64,000 nucleotides of DNA from Candidatus Anderseniibacteriota bacterium (GCA_021414205.1 JAIOOW010000003.1:64048-128047), one strand, 5' to 3'. Shown: positions 21,745 to 33,733, counted from the stretch's first letter. The notes: generated from the sequence alone by a model not told the origin. Made by a program: numbers and translations.

Positions 21745-23217
21745 TTATACGTGGTATTTTCGTTTTATTTCTTCCTCCTGCTTTTTTTCCGCATCTTCTA
21801 TTGCGGATTCTCCCAGTTTTTTAAGTTCTTCAGGGGTTTTTTCTTGTAGTAGTTTTGCTTGTTCTAGTAAATACTGTTTATCGTTTTTCTTAGGGTCTTC
21901 TAATACTTCTGCTAACAGTGCGTGGAGGATACCGCCGATCATCGGCCCGGGCCGAAGGCCGAGCTCGTGAATTAAGTCGTTCCCGGTAACGGCTAATTGG
22001 CCTACGGAAATAGGTTCTTTGCTGGCTTGTTCGACCATAAACTGCAAATGCCGCAGGCGATATGGCTCTGCTTTCGGCACCCCGGAACCTTTTCTCTCTG
22101 CGATGCGAAGCTTAATTAAGTCATCAAAATTGTCTTTGCCCACTCTGCGAAGCAGTCTCCGTGCTCCTGCCGGCGTTACTTTGCCCACATCATAGAAGAA
22201 CATATGGTGGCGAATGAGATGTGTCACCGTTTTTGTCAGATCTTTTGGAAATTTTAATCGATCCATGAGTAACTCTGTCATGCGAGCGCCTACGATATCG
22301 TGTCCGTAAAACGTATAGTCGCCGTTTGCGAATCGCCTGGTTCGAGGTTTCCCGATGTCATGAAAGAGTGCCGCGATGCGAACGTGCATGGAGTAGTTAA
22401 ATTCCACGGCAAATTGCAGTGATTTTATGGAGTGTTCAAATACGGTGTACACGTGGTGCTTGTTTTGGGTGATCCCCACGCCCTCCTCCAGCTCGGGCAA
22501 TATCATCGCCAACAGCCCCGTTTTCTGGAGCAGGTTCATGGCAGGTTCAGGGCTGGGGCTCATAATAATTTTTATAAATTCATCGCGGATTCGTTCGTGC
22601 GACACCGCTTCAATTGCTGGTGCATATTCCGTTATTGCGCGTAGGGTATATTCCTCAATTTCAAATCCTAGCTGGGCAGAGAAGCGAATTGCGCGCATTA
22701 AGCGAAGCGCATCTTCTGCGAATCGTTCGCTGGGGTTTCCAACTGCGCGGATAACTTGAGTATGCAAATCCTTTAATCCGCCGAAGGGGTCGATGATCGT
22801 CATGCCGTCCATACTGACCGTATCGTTGTGCGGCGAAGCGTCTGTTATTGGCGCAAGTGCCATTGCGTTAATCGTAAAATCTCGACGTGCCAAATCCTCG
22901 CGAATACTTTTAGTGAACGTCACGGAGTCAGGGTGGCGCTGGTCGTTATAGTCCGCGTCGATGCGGTATGTAGTAACTTCAATTTCTTGTATTTTTTCAG
23001 ATCCAGTCCGAACTGTTACTGTTCCAAACGTATTTGTATAAAACGAATTGGGAAAAACTATCTGGATTTCTTCTGGGTTTGCAGAGGTGGTTACATCCCA
23101 ATCTTTTGGTTCTTTACCCAGTAACAAATCTCGCACGCATCCGCCCACGGTATACGCTTCAAATCCAGCTGCATTCAGCTTAGTAATAACGTCTTGTACT
23201 TCAGAAGGAAGTTGCAT
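21745..23217 (-). CDS. cca: tRNA nucleotidyltransferase (CCA-adding enzyme family) with HD domain
   Basis: VGGCVRDLLLG, DWDV, RRDFTINAMA, EDALRLMRAIRF, LFHDIGKP. Confidence 0.93.
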   Translation of the reverse strand: MQLPSEVQDVITKLNAAGFEAYTVGGCVRDLLLGKEPKDWDVTTSANPEEIQIVFPNSFYTNTFGTVTVRTGSEKIQEIEVTTYRIDADYNDQRHPDSVTFTKSIREDLARRDFTINAMALAPITDASPHNDTVSMDGMTIIDPFGGLKDLHTQVIRAVGNPSERFAEDALRLMRAIRFSAQLGFEIEEYTLRAITEYAPAIEAVSHERIRDEFIKIIMSPSPEPAMNLLQKTGLLAMILPELEEGVGITQNKHHVYTVFEHSIKSLQFAVEFNYSMHVRIAALFHDIGKPRTRRFANGDYTFYGHDIVGARMTELLMDRLKFPKDLTKTVTHLIRHHMFFYDVGKVTPAGARRLLRRVGKDNFDDLIKLRIAERKGSGVPKAEPYRLRHLQFMVEQASKEPISVGQLAVTGNDLIHELGLRPGPMIGGILHALLAEVLEDPKKNDKQYLLEQAKLLQEKTPEELKKLGESAIEDAEKKQEEEIKRKYHV

Positions 23218-23245
23218 CGGTATCAGTATAACATTGTTGTATGAG

Positions 23246-23322
23246 TGGTGCGCGTGCCAAGACTCGAACTTGGGACCTCTACATTATCAGTGTAGCGCTC
23301 TAACCGGCTGAGCTACACGCGC
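23246..23322 (-). tRNA. tRNA-Ile(GAT)
   Basis: CTACA-CT-GAT-AA-TGTAG anticodon arm; CCA encoded. Confidence 0.95.
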
Positions 23323-23360
23323 GTAACATATAGTAAACAGTATTAGGGTGTTTTTTACAA

Positions 23361-23390
23361 GAAAAAACAGCCCAATATGAGCCGTTTTCT
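23361..23390 (-). terminator. Putative terminator after 16S rRNA
   Basis: Minus strand AAAACGGCTCA-TAT-TGGGCTGTTTTTT. Confidence 0.55.
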
Positions 23391-23414
23391 CTAGCAGTTT
23401 CTCTGCGAAACTTA

Positions 23415-23428
23415 GCGCGATTGTAAAG
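23415..23428 (-). repeat. 3' arm of 16S processing stem (14-bp inverted repeat with 25151-25164)
   Basis: GCGCGATTGTAAAG versus CTTTACAATCGCGC, extendable with TCTGCG/CGCAGA. Confidence 0.8.
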
Positions 23429-23605
23429 GTTTACCGTTTTTTCATACCGCATGTGTTAAAGGGAAGGTATGATTTCCGCTTATTCTCAAATGAATTTTGA
23501 CTCGTTCCTCTAAAAATGTAATGAAACACTGATAGATTACAAGCCTCGACATCTAGGCGCTTTCGTGATGGCCGTAGCCATCGGTTGAAAGGCGTTGTAT
23601 CCCTA

Positions 23606-25112
<1,507 letters not shown>

Positions 25113-25267
25113 GACTTAAGAATCCGGGGGGATTCTTAAGTAGGCTTATTCTTTACAATCGCGCAAAATTGCGCAGATTCATCCATGTCAAATTCCGCAA
25201 TTTGCATGGTCTAGATTGGAAAAGTTCGGTCAATCAATCAAAAAAGACTGATACAGTCGTATAAAGC

Positions 25268-25295
25268 AGTATAGCTGGGTAAAAAGAGATGTCAA
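25268..25295 (-). promoter_or_regulatory. 16S rRNA promoter TTGACA-N16-TATACT
   Basis: -35 at 25295-25290, -10 at 25273-25268. Confidence 0.75.
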
Positions 25296-25736
25296 CTATT
25301 TTAAGACCAATAGCAGTACTATTGTAAGTACTACCCCAATAAGTGCCCCTACAATGGCTTCAATGGGCTTATGCCCGAGCTGTTTTTCCAGAGGAGGAAA
25401 CGCTTGCTGCTCCTCTTTCGGAAGCAGTGAAATAAGCCGTACTAGCGCTTGTCCGTGACGGCCCAAAAAGATCCTCATTCGGAGGGCGTCGTCGAGGATA
25501 ATAATGGCAAGGACCACTGCAACGGCAAATACGGGGCTTGTGATGCCGGCTGTATACCCTACGAGAGTAACCATGGAAAAAGCGAATGCGCTGTGGGCTG
25601 ATGGCATGCCTCCGTAGTGAGGAAGGTGGCGAACGGAGTCATTCATTTCAGATTTCCAAGAACGATTAAAAAATCGTTTAGAGAACTGGGTAGCGAGGCC
25701 AACGAGGAGCGGAATGAGGAAATAGGGAGTTGTCAT
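25296..25736 (-). CDS. Divergent PAP2 family (DUF212) membrane protein
   Basis: GGMPSAHSA, DALRMR..GRH, GHKPIE; ATGA overlap with trmD. Confidence 0.9.
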   Translation of the reverse strand: MTTPYFLIPLLVGLATQFSKRFFNRSWKSEMNDSVRHLPHYGGMPSAHSAFAFSMVTLVGYTAGITSPVFAVAVVLAIIILDDALRMRIFLGRHGQALVRLISLLPKEEQQAFPPLEKQLGHKPIEAIVGALIGVVLTIVLLLVLK

Positions 25737-26380
25737 AGGGTGGTGTTTTTTCTCCACGCCGCAATATCGGCGTGATTCCCTGATAGTAATACATCTGGGA
25801 CTTTCCAGGAATTGTACAGTTCCGGCTTTGTATATTGAGGAGCTTCTATAACACCCTCGGTACTATGCGATTCTTCCGCAAGAGATGCAGGATTACCAAG
25901 TACGCCAGGCAATAATCGGGCAACTGCTTCCGTAATAATAAGCGCTCCAAGCTCTCCGCCCGCAAGGACATATGGCCCTACGGACAATTCTCCATCTGCC
26001 AAATAATCTGCAACGCGCTGGTCGATGCCCTCGTATCTGCCACAAATAAGGATGAGGTGATCGAGGCGAGAATATTCAGTAGCTTTTTGTTGCGTGAATT
26101 GCTGGCCCCGTGCGGACAATACAAAAATTTTTCGTGAACTACTTTTGTGCTCAGATTCAATAGCCATCAGCGCTTTATGGATCGGCTCAATCTTCATGAC
26201 CATGCCAGCGCCTCCTCCATAAGGGGTATCGTCTACGGTTTTGTGCATGTCTTCAGTAAAATCTCGAATATTCCAGATATGAAAATCAATATGGTTTTCC
26301 TTTACTGCACGGCCCAAAATACTGGTACTTGCGTACGGCTGAAACACTTCCGGAAATAGAGTGAGAATATCTACTCGCAT
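25733..26380 (-). CDS. trmD: tRNA (guanine37-N1)-methyltransferase
   Basis: VDDTPYGGGAGMV, CGRYEGIDQR, YVLAGGE, LLSGNH. Confidence 0.96.
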   Translation of the reverse strand: MRVDILTLFPEVFQPYASTSILGRAVKENHIDFHIWNIRDFTEDMHKTVDDTPYGGGAGMVMKIEPIHKALMAIESEHKSSSRKIFVLSARGQQFTQQKATEYSRLDHLILICGRYEGIDQRVADYLADGELSVGPYVLAGGELGALIITEAVARLLPGVLGNPASLAEESHSTEGVIEAPQYTKPELYNSWKVPDVLLSGNHADIAAWRKNTTL

Positions 26381-26396
26381 ATGGCTAGTATACACG

Positions 26397-26419
26397 AAAC
26401 CCGCCTGGATGGCGGGTTT
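26397..26419 (-). terminator. Terminator-like hairpin after khpA
   Basis: AAACCCGCC-N5-GGCGGGTTT. Confidence 0.6.
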
Positions 26420-26440
26420 GGAGTGACTTTTTTATATTGA

Positions 26441-26821
26441 TTACAAGTCTAAATCGTCGATTGCTTGTTCAACTGACTGCGCAGGCATTTCAGCTGCTGG
26501 GGCTTCAGAAGCCATTTCCGGAGCTGCCCCTTCCATTGCTGGGCGAGTTGGTCGGCTGGATCCTTCTGGTTCGTTGATCTTCAAGTTAACTCGAGCGTTG
26601 TTTCGAGCTCCGATCACGCGAAGAAGCGTTCGAATAGACTTTGCTGTAGCGCCTTGTCGCCCGATAATTTGTCCCATATCTTCTGGGTTTACATTCAGGG
26701 TGATAAGTACACCCATTTCATCAATCGTTCGGTCAAGCTTTACATCATCTGGGTGGTCTACAATAGATTTAACTACGTATTCCACAAACTCTACATCATG
26801 AGACTGTCGATCGTTTTCCAT
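26441..26821 (-). CDS. khpA: KH-domain RNA-binding protein KhpA (YlqC)
   Basis: IVDHPDDV, DMGQIIGRQGATAKSIRTLL; follows rpsP; alternative start 26839. Confidence 0.9.
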   Translation of the reverse strand: MENDRQSHDVEFVEYVVKSIVDHPDDVKLDRTIDEMGVLITLNVNPEDMGQIIGRQGATAKSIRTLLRVIGARNNARVNLKINEPEGSSRPTRPAMEGAAPEMASEAPAAEMPAQSVEQAIDDLDL

Positions 26822-26889
26822 AGGAATTGTTATGAACACATTACTTATTAATGCTTATATGGTAGCAAAAAGCGACCTATAAGTCAACT

Positions 26890-27192
26890 TTAGCTCGCCG
26901 TTGCTTCTTCTTTTACTTCCTGCTTTGGCTTAGGCGTAAAGAGGGCTTTTTTCTCTCCAGTGATAACTTTATTTGTGATAAGGAGGTTGTATACGGTATC
27001 TGACGGCTGTACTCCCTTGTTCATCCACGCCTTTACCGCATCTGCGTCAACGCTAAATAGGCTAGTATGCGGGTTATACGATCCGATATCTTCGATGAAT
27101 CGCCCTTTGATTGGGGCGTGTCCATCAGCAACAACAACGCGGTATGTGGCATATCCGCGCTTTCCTCGTCGTTGTAATCGAATTCGTAACAT
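26890..27192 (-). CDS. rpsP: 30S ribosomal protein S16
   Basis: MLRIRLQRRGK, YRVVVAD, GSYNP, GVQPSDTV. Confidence 0.96.
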   Translation of the reverse strand: MLRIRLQRRGKRGYATYRVVVADGHAPIKGRFIEDIGSYNPHTSLFSVDADAVKAWMNKGVQPSDTVYNLLITNKVITGEKKALFTPKPKQEVKEEATAS

Positions 27193-27224
27193 AGGTGTTA
27201 TCCTACAGCGAGCCTCTTTACTCG

Positions 27225-29360
27225 TCAAGCAGGATCTTCTACGTAATCCATGATCTTCACGGAATACACGGTTGAGACCCCGTTTTTGTGCATCGTGACG
27301 CCGTACAGAAGGTCGGATTGAGACATCGTCTCCCTGTTATGGCTAATAACGATGCTTTGGGTGGTGTGGGAGTGTTCTCGGAGTAGTCGAGCAAAGCGAT
27401 GGGAGTTTGCTTCATCAAGTGCTGCATCTACCTCGTCTAATACGATAAATGGGGGGTGTTGAGCGTCGAGGATGGCAAATAAGAGCGCAATAGATGTAAG
27501 GGCTCGCTCTCCTCCCGATAAAAGCGTGATGTGGCGAGCGCGCTTTCCCGGAGGAATAACAGAAATCTCCACTCCCTGGGCGTTCGATTCGAGCGTTGCG
27601 GATCCGCCACCAAATAGGTGGGTAAAGTATTCTGAAAATTTTGCAGTAATCTCTGAAAACTTCTGGTCGAATGTTTTTTGCATTGTTGCCAGTACGTCAT
27701 CAATGCCTTCTTGAATGCGCTGCATCGTTTGCTGTACGTCTTCTAGTTGTATTTGCAGAGCGTCGTGTCGTTCTCTGGTTTCCGTATGCTCTTTTGCAAC
27801 AAGCTCGTCGCGCTCGCCAATAGTTGCGATTTTTGAGGATAATGACCTGAGCTGGCTTTCGCTTGGGTGTTCTTTGTCGGTATATGGCGTATTTTTTATA
27901 AACGTGAGCGTTTCCATTCCGCATTCTCGAGAAATTTCGCGTTCCAATTCTTTGAGTGTCCGTATTTTCTCATCGATGCGAGCATGGGAAGATGCGCCTG
28001 CTCGCTCTGCTAATAATTCTGCCTGGCGAGCATGCTCTGGGTCTGTGTGCGAATGTGCTTGTTGAGATTCTTTTGGAAGAGTGCGTATTTTTTCTTCAAT
28101 GTTCTTGATAGTTGCATCAGAAGGTTTCTCAATAATGGGTAATTTTTGTAAACGCCGAGCTTGTTCTTCTTCTACTGCGGATAATTTTGCAAAAAGAATT
28201 TCCGGAGAATCTTCAGAGGCGTGCTTCGGTGTTGTTTGCAGGCTCGCAGTAATCGAGTGTAATAATCGCTTCGCAACGGGTTTTGGCGGAATAATATCGT
28301 GCATAATCTGATCCAGGAAATCTTTGCAGGCAAGGAGTGTGGCCCGAATATCTTGTGCTGGCATTGATGTGCTCGATGCGGATAGTGCTCCTTCGAGTCG
28401 CTTCTTTTGCGTAGTAATGCGTGCAAGGGATGTTGTAAGTTCCGCTTTTTCTTCCTCGTTCCTCTTCCATTGTTGAAATGTCAGCGCATACGTAGCCCGT
28501 TCGGATGCAAGTTCGTGCATGAGGGCTTCTTTTGGATGTTTGCGGCCAGCGTTTTCTAGGGCATATTGTTCTGCCTGTATTCTTACTTCTCGCGCCTTGG
28601 CAATATCTTGTTCTATCTTGCTATGTTCTGCGTTGTGCCCAGCAAGTTCTTGCGCTCCTGCTTGCCATGCATGGTGATAGTAGGATTTCTGCATTGTCTG
28701 AAATTTCTGAAGATACGTATCTCGCTCGTCATATCTATCCATTTGGCGTTGTAGTAGGCTGAGTCGCGGAGCTAATTCTTCGAGAATAGTTGTGACTTCT
28801 TGCGCATGCGCCTGACTCTTTTTTAATTTCTGTTGAGACTGGGCAATTTTAATTTGCAGGGATTTAATTCCCGTAGCCTCATTAAAAAGCTCCCTTCTGC
28901 CTTCCGGGTTTGCGGTCAGGTACTGATCGATCATGCCTTGCGAGATGACCGTATAGCTTTTCGCCCCAATTCCTGCTTCGGCTAGCATCTGCTGTAAATC
29001 AATTAGCCGAACCGGCTCCTTATTGATTGCATATTCGCTTTCACCATCGGCCGTGAGTGTTCTGGAAACGCTGATTTCTCCTGCATGGATGGGAAATCTA
29101 CCTGATTCATTATCAAACGTAAGAGTGACGCGCGCGTAGGATGCATGCTTTGCAGTACCGGAATACAATACGTCGGCGCGTTCTTTTCCGCGCAGCGCTT
29201 TCATGGATTGTTCTCCGAGTACCCAGCGAATTGCTTCCGCAACGTTTGATTTTCCGCTTCCATTCGGGCCGATAACACCTGTTACTCCCGGTCCAAATGC
29301 GAGGTCGGTAGTATTCGCGAAAGATTTGAAGCCTTGAATGGAAAGAGAGATGAGGCGCAT
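27225..29360 (-). CDS. smc: Short SMC-family ATPase (no recognisable hinge)
   Basis: GFKSFA, GPNGSGKSN, LSGGE, VLDEVDAALD; follows rnc. Confidence 0.85.
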   Translation of the reverse strand: MRLISLSIQGFKSFANTTDLAFGPGVTGVIGPNGSGKSNVAEAIRWVLGEQSMKALRGKERADVLYSGTAKHASYARVTLTFDNESGRFPIHAGEISVSRTLTADGESEYAINKEPVRLIDLQQMLAEAGIGAKSYTVISQGMIDQYLTANPEGRRELFNEATGIKSLQIKIAQSQQKLKKSQAHAQEVTTILEELAPRLSLLQRQMDRYDERDTYLQKFQTMQKSYYHHAWQAGAQELAGHNAEHSKIEQDIAKAREVRIQAEQYALENAGRKHPKEALMHELASERATYALTFQQWKRNEEEKAELTTSLARITTQKKRLEGALSASSTSMPAQDIRATLLACKDFLDQIMHDIIPPKPVAKRLLHSITASLQTTPKHASEDSPEILFAKLSAVEEEQARRLQKLPIIEKPSDATIKNIEEKIRTLPKESQQAHSHTDPEHARQAELLAERAGASSHARIDEKIRTLKELEREISRECGMETLTFIKNTPYTDKEHPSESQLRSLSSKIATIGERDELVAKEHTETRERHDALQIQLEDVQQTMQRIQEGIDDVLATMQKTFDQKFSEITAKFSEYFTHLFGGGSATLESNAQGVEISVIPPGKRARHITLLSGGERALTSIALLFAILDAQHPPFIVLDEVDAALDEANSHRFARLLREHSHTTQSIVISHNRETMSQSDLLYGVTMHKNGVSTVYSVKIMDYVEDPA

Positions 29361-29366
29361 CGGGTA

Positions 29367-30074
29367 TTATTTTTCCAGATCTTTTTCGAGAGCGGCAAGC
29401 GCGTTCTTTGCGGCTTCCTGTTGCGCTTCTTGTTTGCTGCTTCCGGAGCCTTCCCCTAATTGCTTGTCGTGCAGAAATACTCCGATGACAAATTCTTTTT
29501 CATGATCTAATCCGGATTCTTTTAATACTTTATATATAGGCGTAACCCTAAATCGATCCTGGGCTAGTTCTTGAAACTTGCTTTTCGTATCTATGTATAA
29601 TCCTTTTTCCACAACTTCTGGCAATTTTTCAATAAAAAACGCGGAGATAACTTTTTTCGCTGCGTCATATCCTTGATCCCTGTAAATTGCGCCGATCACT
29701 GCTTCAACAGCATTGGCTAAAATATATTGGCGTGCTTTTCCAGTATCTTTCTTTTCTCCTCGAGATAGTAATAAATACGGTTCAATGCCCATCTCTAGTG
29801 CAATCTTGGAAAGCATTTCTCCGCGAACGATTGCTGAGCGCAAATTCGTGAGTTCCCCTTCGGGTAATGGATAGTTTTGATATAAGTGGTCCGTCACAAC
29901 TAATTCCAATACAGCATCTCCTAAGAATTCCAGCCGTTCGTTATGATCCAGTTCAAAGTCTGGGTTTTCGTTGAGGTAGGATCTGTGAGTAAGTGCTGTT
30001 AATAGCGTTTTATCATCTGAAAAAGAGACACCCAGCTTTTCCTGGAGATCGGTGAGGTTTGGTAGTTCTTCCAT
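29367..30074 (-). CDS. rnc: Ribonuclease III
   Basis: HNERLEFLGDAVL plus a dsRNA-binding domain. Confidence 0.97.
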   Translation of the reverse strand: MEELPNLTDLQEKLGVSFSDDKTLLTALTHRSYLNENPDFELDHNERLEFLGDAVLELVVTDHLYQNYPLPEGELTNLRSAIVRGEMLSKIALEMGIEPYLLLSRGEKKDTGKARQYILANAVEAVIGAIYRDQGYDAAKKVISAFFIEKLPEVVEKGLYIDTKSKFQELAQDRFRVTPIYKVLKESGLDHEKEFVIGVFLHDKQLGEGSGSSKQEAQQEAAKNALAALEKDLEK

Positions 30075-30076
30075 AG

Positions 30077-30514
30077 CTATGCAGGTTTTTGAGATTCTTC
30101 AATGTTTTTATAAATAGTTCCGAGTACTCCGTTTACGAATTTGCCGCTCGATGGCCCTCCGAATGTTTTAGCAAGCTCGATTGCTTCGTTGATCGCAACC
30201 TTTGGTGGTACGTCTGGGGCATTTGCCAGTGTAAGTTCGAATATTCCTATGCGTAATACGTTCCTATCTACGGTTGTAAGCTGATCTAGTGGCCAATCAG
30301 GGGCAGACTTTTCTATAAGAGCGTTAATTTCCGCCATGTTGTCGCGAACTCCGTAGATGAGCGAGAAGATAAAGTCGGTGTCGTCTAATCCGGGGGCAAA
30401 TTCTTCAATATTGTGAGCAGCTATGGGCTTGAGTGTTTCGGGTGTTTGAGCACGCATATCCCATTCAAACAATGTTTGGAGTGCTATTGACCTGCTTAAA
30501 TGACGATTAGCCAT
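30077..30514 (-). CDS. nusB: Transcription antitermination factor NusB
   Basis: [30 protein letters not shown]. Confidence 0.96.
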   Translation of the reverse strand: MANRHLSRSIALQTLFEWDMRAQTPETLKPIAAHNIEEFAPGLDDTDFIFSLIYGVRDNMAEINALIEKSAPDWPLDQLTTVDRNVLRIGIFELTLANAPDVPPKVAINEAIELAKTFGGPSSGKFVNGVLGTIYKNIEESQKPA

Positions 30515-30566
30515 AGAGTGTACTACATTGTTTATACCCTATTTTATAGGGTGCGACAAGAAAATA

Positions 30567-30800
30567 TTACGCGCCTGTTTTTCGAGCCTTGTCTTTTCGC
30601 TTCTCTTCCATTTTTTCAGCCTTTTTCGTCACTGCAATTACTGTTCGGCCTCGGTATGTTCCGCATGTTGGGCAGGCTTTGTGAGACAAAGCAGGGGATT
30701 TGCATGAAGGGCACAGAGAAAGACCCATGCTTTTTCTGCCATGGTGGCTTCGTCGCATTCCTTTCTTCGAGCTTGGTGTTCGCTTCTTTGGTACTGCCAT
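30567..30800 (-). CDS. rpmF: 50S ribosomal protein L32
   Basis: MAVPKKRT..RRSH, CPSC..HKACPTCGTY. Confidence 0.96.
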   Translation of the reverse strand: MAVPKKRTPSSKKGMRRSHHGRKSMGLSLCPSCKSPALSHKACPTCGTYRGRTVIAVTKKAEKMEEKRKDKARKTGA

Positions 30801-30817
30801 AGTGTTTCAAGGGTAGA

Positions 30818-31468
30818 TTATACGGAAGATTTTGTCAAAAGTCGTGCTATGGGTGCGTAGCTTCTTCGATGATGGGTCGTGGGGCCATGCATCTGCAGGG
30901 CATCCATATGAGCCTTTGCTCCATACCCTTTATGGGACGCAAAGCCGTACTGCGGGTGTGTGTTATCCAGGTCTTTCATGATCCTATCTCGAGTTACTTT
31001 TGCCAGAATGCTCCCCGCTGCAATTGAATACGAAAGTTGATCACCCTTCACTACTGACAGAGAGAAAATACTCGGATGGACGGTGTCACTTGTACCATCG
31101 ATTAAGAGCATGTCTGGTCGCGTAACCAGGTTTTCGATTGCCCGGCGCATAGCCAAGTGGGATGCATTTCGAATATTAAGGCTGTCTATTTCCTCTACGC
31201 TTGCTTGGCCTATAGCATAGGAATCTGCCAGTTCTTGTATGAAAACGAACGCTTTTTCGCGCTGTTGTTCTGATAGTAATTTACTGTCCCGAATAGGGAT
31301 TTTTTTCTGATGCTCTAAAATCTTTTCTAACGCTGAATCGGAAAACATCACGGCTCCCGCAACAACCGGACCAGCCAGTGCCCCCATCCCGGCCTCGTCT
31401 ATGCCAGCAATATGGGCAACGCCTTGTGACCAGTATTCATGTTCGATAAAAAAAGTTGGAGTCTTCAT
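30818..31468 (-). CDS. rnhB: Ribonuclease HII
   Basis: GIDEAGMGALAGPV, RDSK, KGD, SILAKVTRD, HKGYG. Confidence 0.95.
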   Translation of the reverse strand: MKTPTFFIEHEYWSQGVAHIAGIDEAGMGALAGPVVAGAVMFSDSALEKILEHQKKIPIRDSKLLSEQQREKAFVFIQELADSYAIGQASVEEIDSLNIRNASHLAMRRAIENLVTRPDMLLIDGTSDTVHPSIFSLSVVKGDQLSYSIAAGSILAKVTRDRIMKDLDNTHPQYGFASHKGYGAKAHMDALQMHGPTTHHRRSYAPIARLLTKSSV

Positions 31469-31471
31469 GGG

Positions 31472-31543
31472 TGCCCTCGAAAGGAATCGAACCTCCATCT
31501 CGCCCTTAGGACGGGCTTGCTCTATCCATTGAGCTACAAGGGC
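31472..31543 (-). tRNA. tRNA-Arg(CCT)
   Basis: Cloverleaf, anticodon loop GT-CCT-AA. Confidence 0.92.
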
Positions 31544-31622
31544 GTGTATCCATCATAAAGACTTGCGCTACCCGCGTCCACACGGCACTATTTCACGCAT
31601 AGCCTTATTTACTATTACGTGT

Positions 31623-33494
31623 ATGAAATTATCTTTAGACAGCAAAAATATTGGAATCGGTATCTTGGTGGTAATCGGACTTTTTTTATTGATCGGCCTA
31701 TTTGCCCGCCCGCTCGATAACAGAAAAGACGTCAGTTTGTCGCAGATTGTAGAAGAGATTGGGAAAAACAATGTATCTAATATTGTTGTGGATCAAAATG
31801 ATATTATCGTCACGCTAAAAGATGATGCATCGAAGAAACTGGTTGCTCAAAAAGAGAGCGATGCATCAGTGACTGATACGTTTAAAAATCTCGGAGTGGC
31901 AGATAGTACGCTTCAGAAGATCGATTTAACGGTGAAAAAGCCTTCTGGGTTTGCTTTTTGGACTGCAACGCTTGCACCGGTAGTATTGCCATTCATCTTA
32001 TTGGCGTTTTTCTTGTGGTTTATGATGCGAAGCGCACAAAACATGGGCAATCGCGCAATGACATTCGGGCAATCGCAAAAAGGACCCGTTGAGCAAGCTG
32101 GTAGGAAAAAAACGACGTTTAAGCAGGTTGCAGGCAACGAAGAGGCGAAGCAGGAATTGGTTGAAATTGTTGAGTTTTTAAAGCATCCGAAGAAGTTTCA
32201 GGAAATCGGAGCTCGTATTCCAAAAGGAGTTCTTCTTATTGGGGCTCCTGGAACTGGGAAAACGCTGATGGCGCGAGCCGTCGCAGGCGAGGCTGGCGTC
32301 CCCTTCTTTAGCATCTCAGGTTCTGAATTCGTGGAAATGTTCGTTGGAGTAGGAGCTTCTCGAGTGCGAGACTTATTCGCGAAAGTGAAAAAGAATGCCC
32401 CTGCTATTTTGTTTATCGATGAAATGGATGCGGTTGGCCGTCATCGAGGAGCGGGCTTGGGTGGTGGACACGATGAGCGCGAGCAAACGTTGAACCAAAT
32501 CCTCGTTGAAATGGACGGATTTGAGCAAACGGATAATGTGATCGTGCTTGCTGCAACCAATCGCCCAGACGTGCTAGATCCAGCTCTGCTTCGCCCGGGA
32601 CGCTTTGATCGTCAGGTAACAATGGAATTGCCGGATATCAAGGAACGCGAAGCTATTTTGAAGATTCATGCAGAAAAAGTTCCTATGGAAGCGGATGTGG
32701 ATTTGAGAAACATTGGAGAACGCACGCCGGGATTTTCTGGCGCTGACTTAGCAAACCTTATTAACGAAGCTGCAATTTTCGCTGCTCGCGAGAACGTAAA
32801 GAAAGTGGCTCAGCGACATATTGAAGAAAGTATCGAAAAAGTTATTCTAGGACCAGAACGACGAAGCAAGGTGTATTCGAAGCAGGAAAAAGAACTTACG
32901 GCGTATCATGAAGCAGGGCACGCAGTTGTGGCGTACTACACTCCGGATTCTGACCCGGTTCGCAAAATCTCTATTATCTCTCGAGGATCTGCGGGCGGAT
33001 ATACGCTTAAGCTCCCCGAGCAAGACAAGCGACTGCACACCAAGACTGGATTCTTAAGCGAACTTGCGACGCTAATGGGTGGGTACACGGCAGAATTGTA
33101 CAAGTATAAAGAGCTTACAACTGGTGCGAGTAACGACTTAATGAAAGCCACTAAATTAGCTCGCAGAATCGTGATGCAGTTTGGAATGTCGAAATTAGGT
33201 CCTGTTACGTTCGGCCAAGAGGATCACCAGGTGTTCTTAGGGAAGGATTTCTCTGAAGGGCGCGATTATTCTGAAAAAACAGCATCGATGATTGATGATG
33301 AAGTATCTGAAATCTTAAAAGATGCGCAAAAGCGCGCTGAGCAAATTATTACGGAGCATGCAGATAAAATTGAGCTCATATCTCAACGCTTAATTGAAAA
33401 AGAAACGATGGGTCAAAAAGAATTCGCCGATCTCATGGGTGGCGCTGATCCAGACGTTGTAAAAGAAGACACTGAAATCAAGCCTGCGATATAA
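31623..33494 (+). CDS. ftsH: ATP-dependent zinc metalloprotease FtsH
   Basis: Two TM helices, [25 protein letters not shown]. Confidence 0.97.
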   Translation: MKLSLDSKNIGIGILVVIGLFLLIGLFARPLDNRKDVSLSQIVEEIGKNNVSNIVVDQNDIIVTLKDDASKKLVAQKESDASVTDTFKNLGVADSTLQKIDLTVKKPSGFAFWTATLAPVVLPFILLAFFLWFMMRSAQNMGNRAMTFGQSQKGPVEQAGRKKTTFKQVAGNEEAKQELVEIVEFLKHPKKFQEIGARIPKGVLLIGAPGTGKTLMARAVAGEAGVPFFSISGSEFVEMFVGVGASRVRDLFAKVKKNAPAILFIDEMDAVGRHRGAGLGGGHDEREQTLNQILVEMDGFEQTDNVIVLAATNRPDVLDPALLRPGRFDRQVTMELPDIKEREAILKIHAEKVPMEADVDLRNIGERTPGFSGADLANLINEAAIFAARENVKKVAQRHIEESIEKVILGPERRSKVYSKQEKELTAYHEAGHAVVAYYTPDSDPVRKISIISRGSAGGYTLKLPEQDKRLHTKTGFLSELATLMGGYTAELYKYKELTTGASNDLMKATKLARRIVMQFGMSKLGPVTFGQEDHQVFLGKDFSEGRDYSEKTASMIDDEVSEILKDAQKRAEQIITEHADKIELISQRLIEKETMGQKEFADLMGGADPDVVKEDTEIKPAI

Positions 33495-33505
33495 ACGAAA
33501 TACGG

Positions 33506-33577
33506 TGCGCACGAGAAGGATCGAACTTCTGGCCCCCACAATGTCAATGTGATGCTCTACCACTGAGCTACGCGCGC
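33506..33577 (-). tRNA. tRNA-Val(GAC)
   Basis: Cloverleaf, anticodon loop TT-GAC-AT. Confidence 0.93.
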
Positions 33578-33628
33578 GATATTCGGACTATAGCCAAATA
33601 TGCTGTGCTGTGCAATAAATAGTGGTAC

Positions 33629-33701
33629 GGGCCCGTAGCTCAGTGGTTAGAGCGGTACTCTTATAAGGTACATGTCGGAGGTTCGATCCCTCCCGGGCCT
33701 A
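33629..33701 (+). tRNA. tRNA-Ile(TAT)
   Basis: GGGCCCG/CGGGCCT acceptor stem, GTACT-CT-TAT-AA-GGTAC anticodon arm, A73 discriminator. Confidence 0.9.
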
Positions 33702-33733
33702 CTCGAAGTATTTAAGTCGCGTTCGGATACTTT

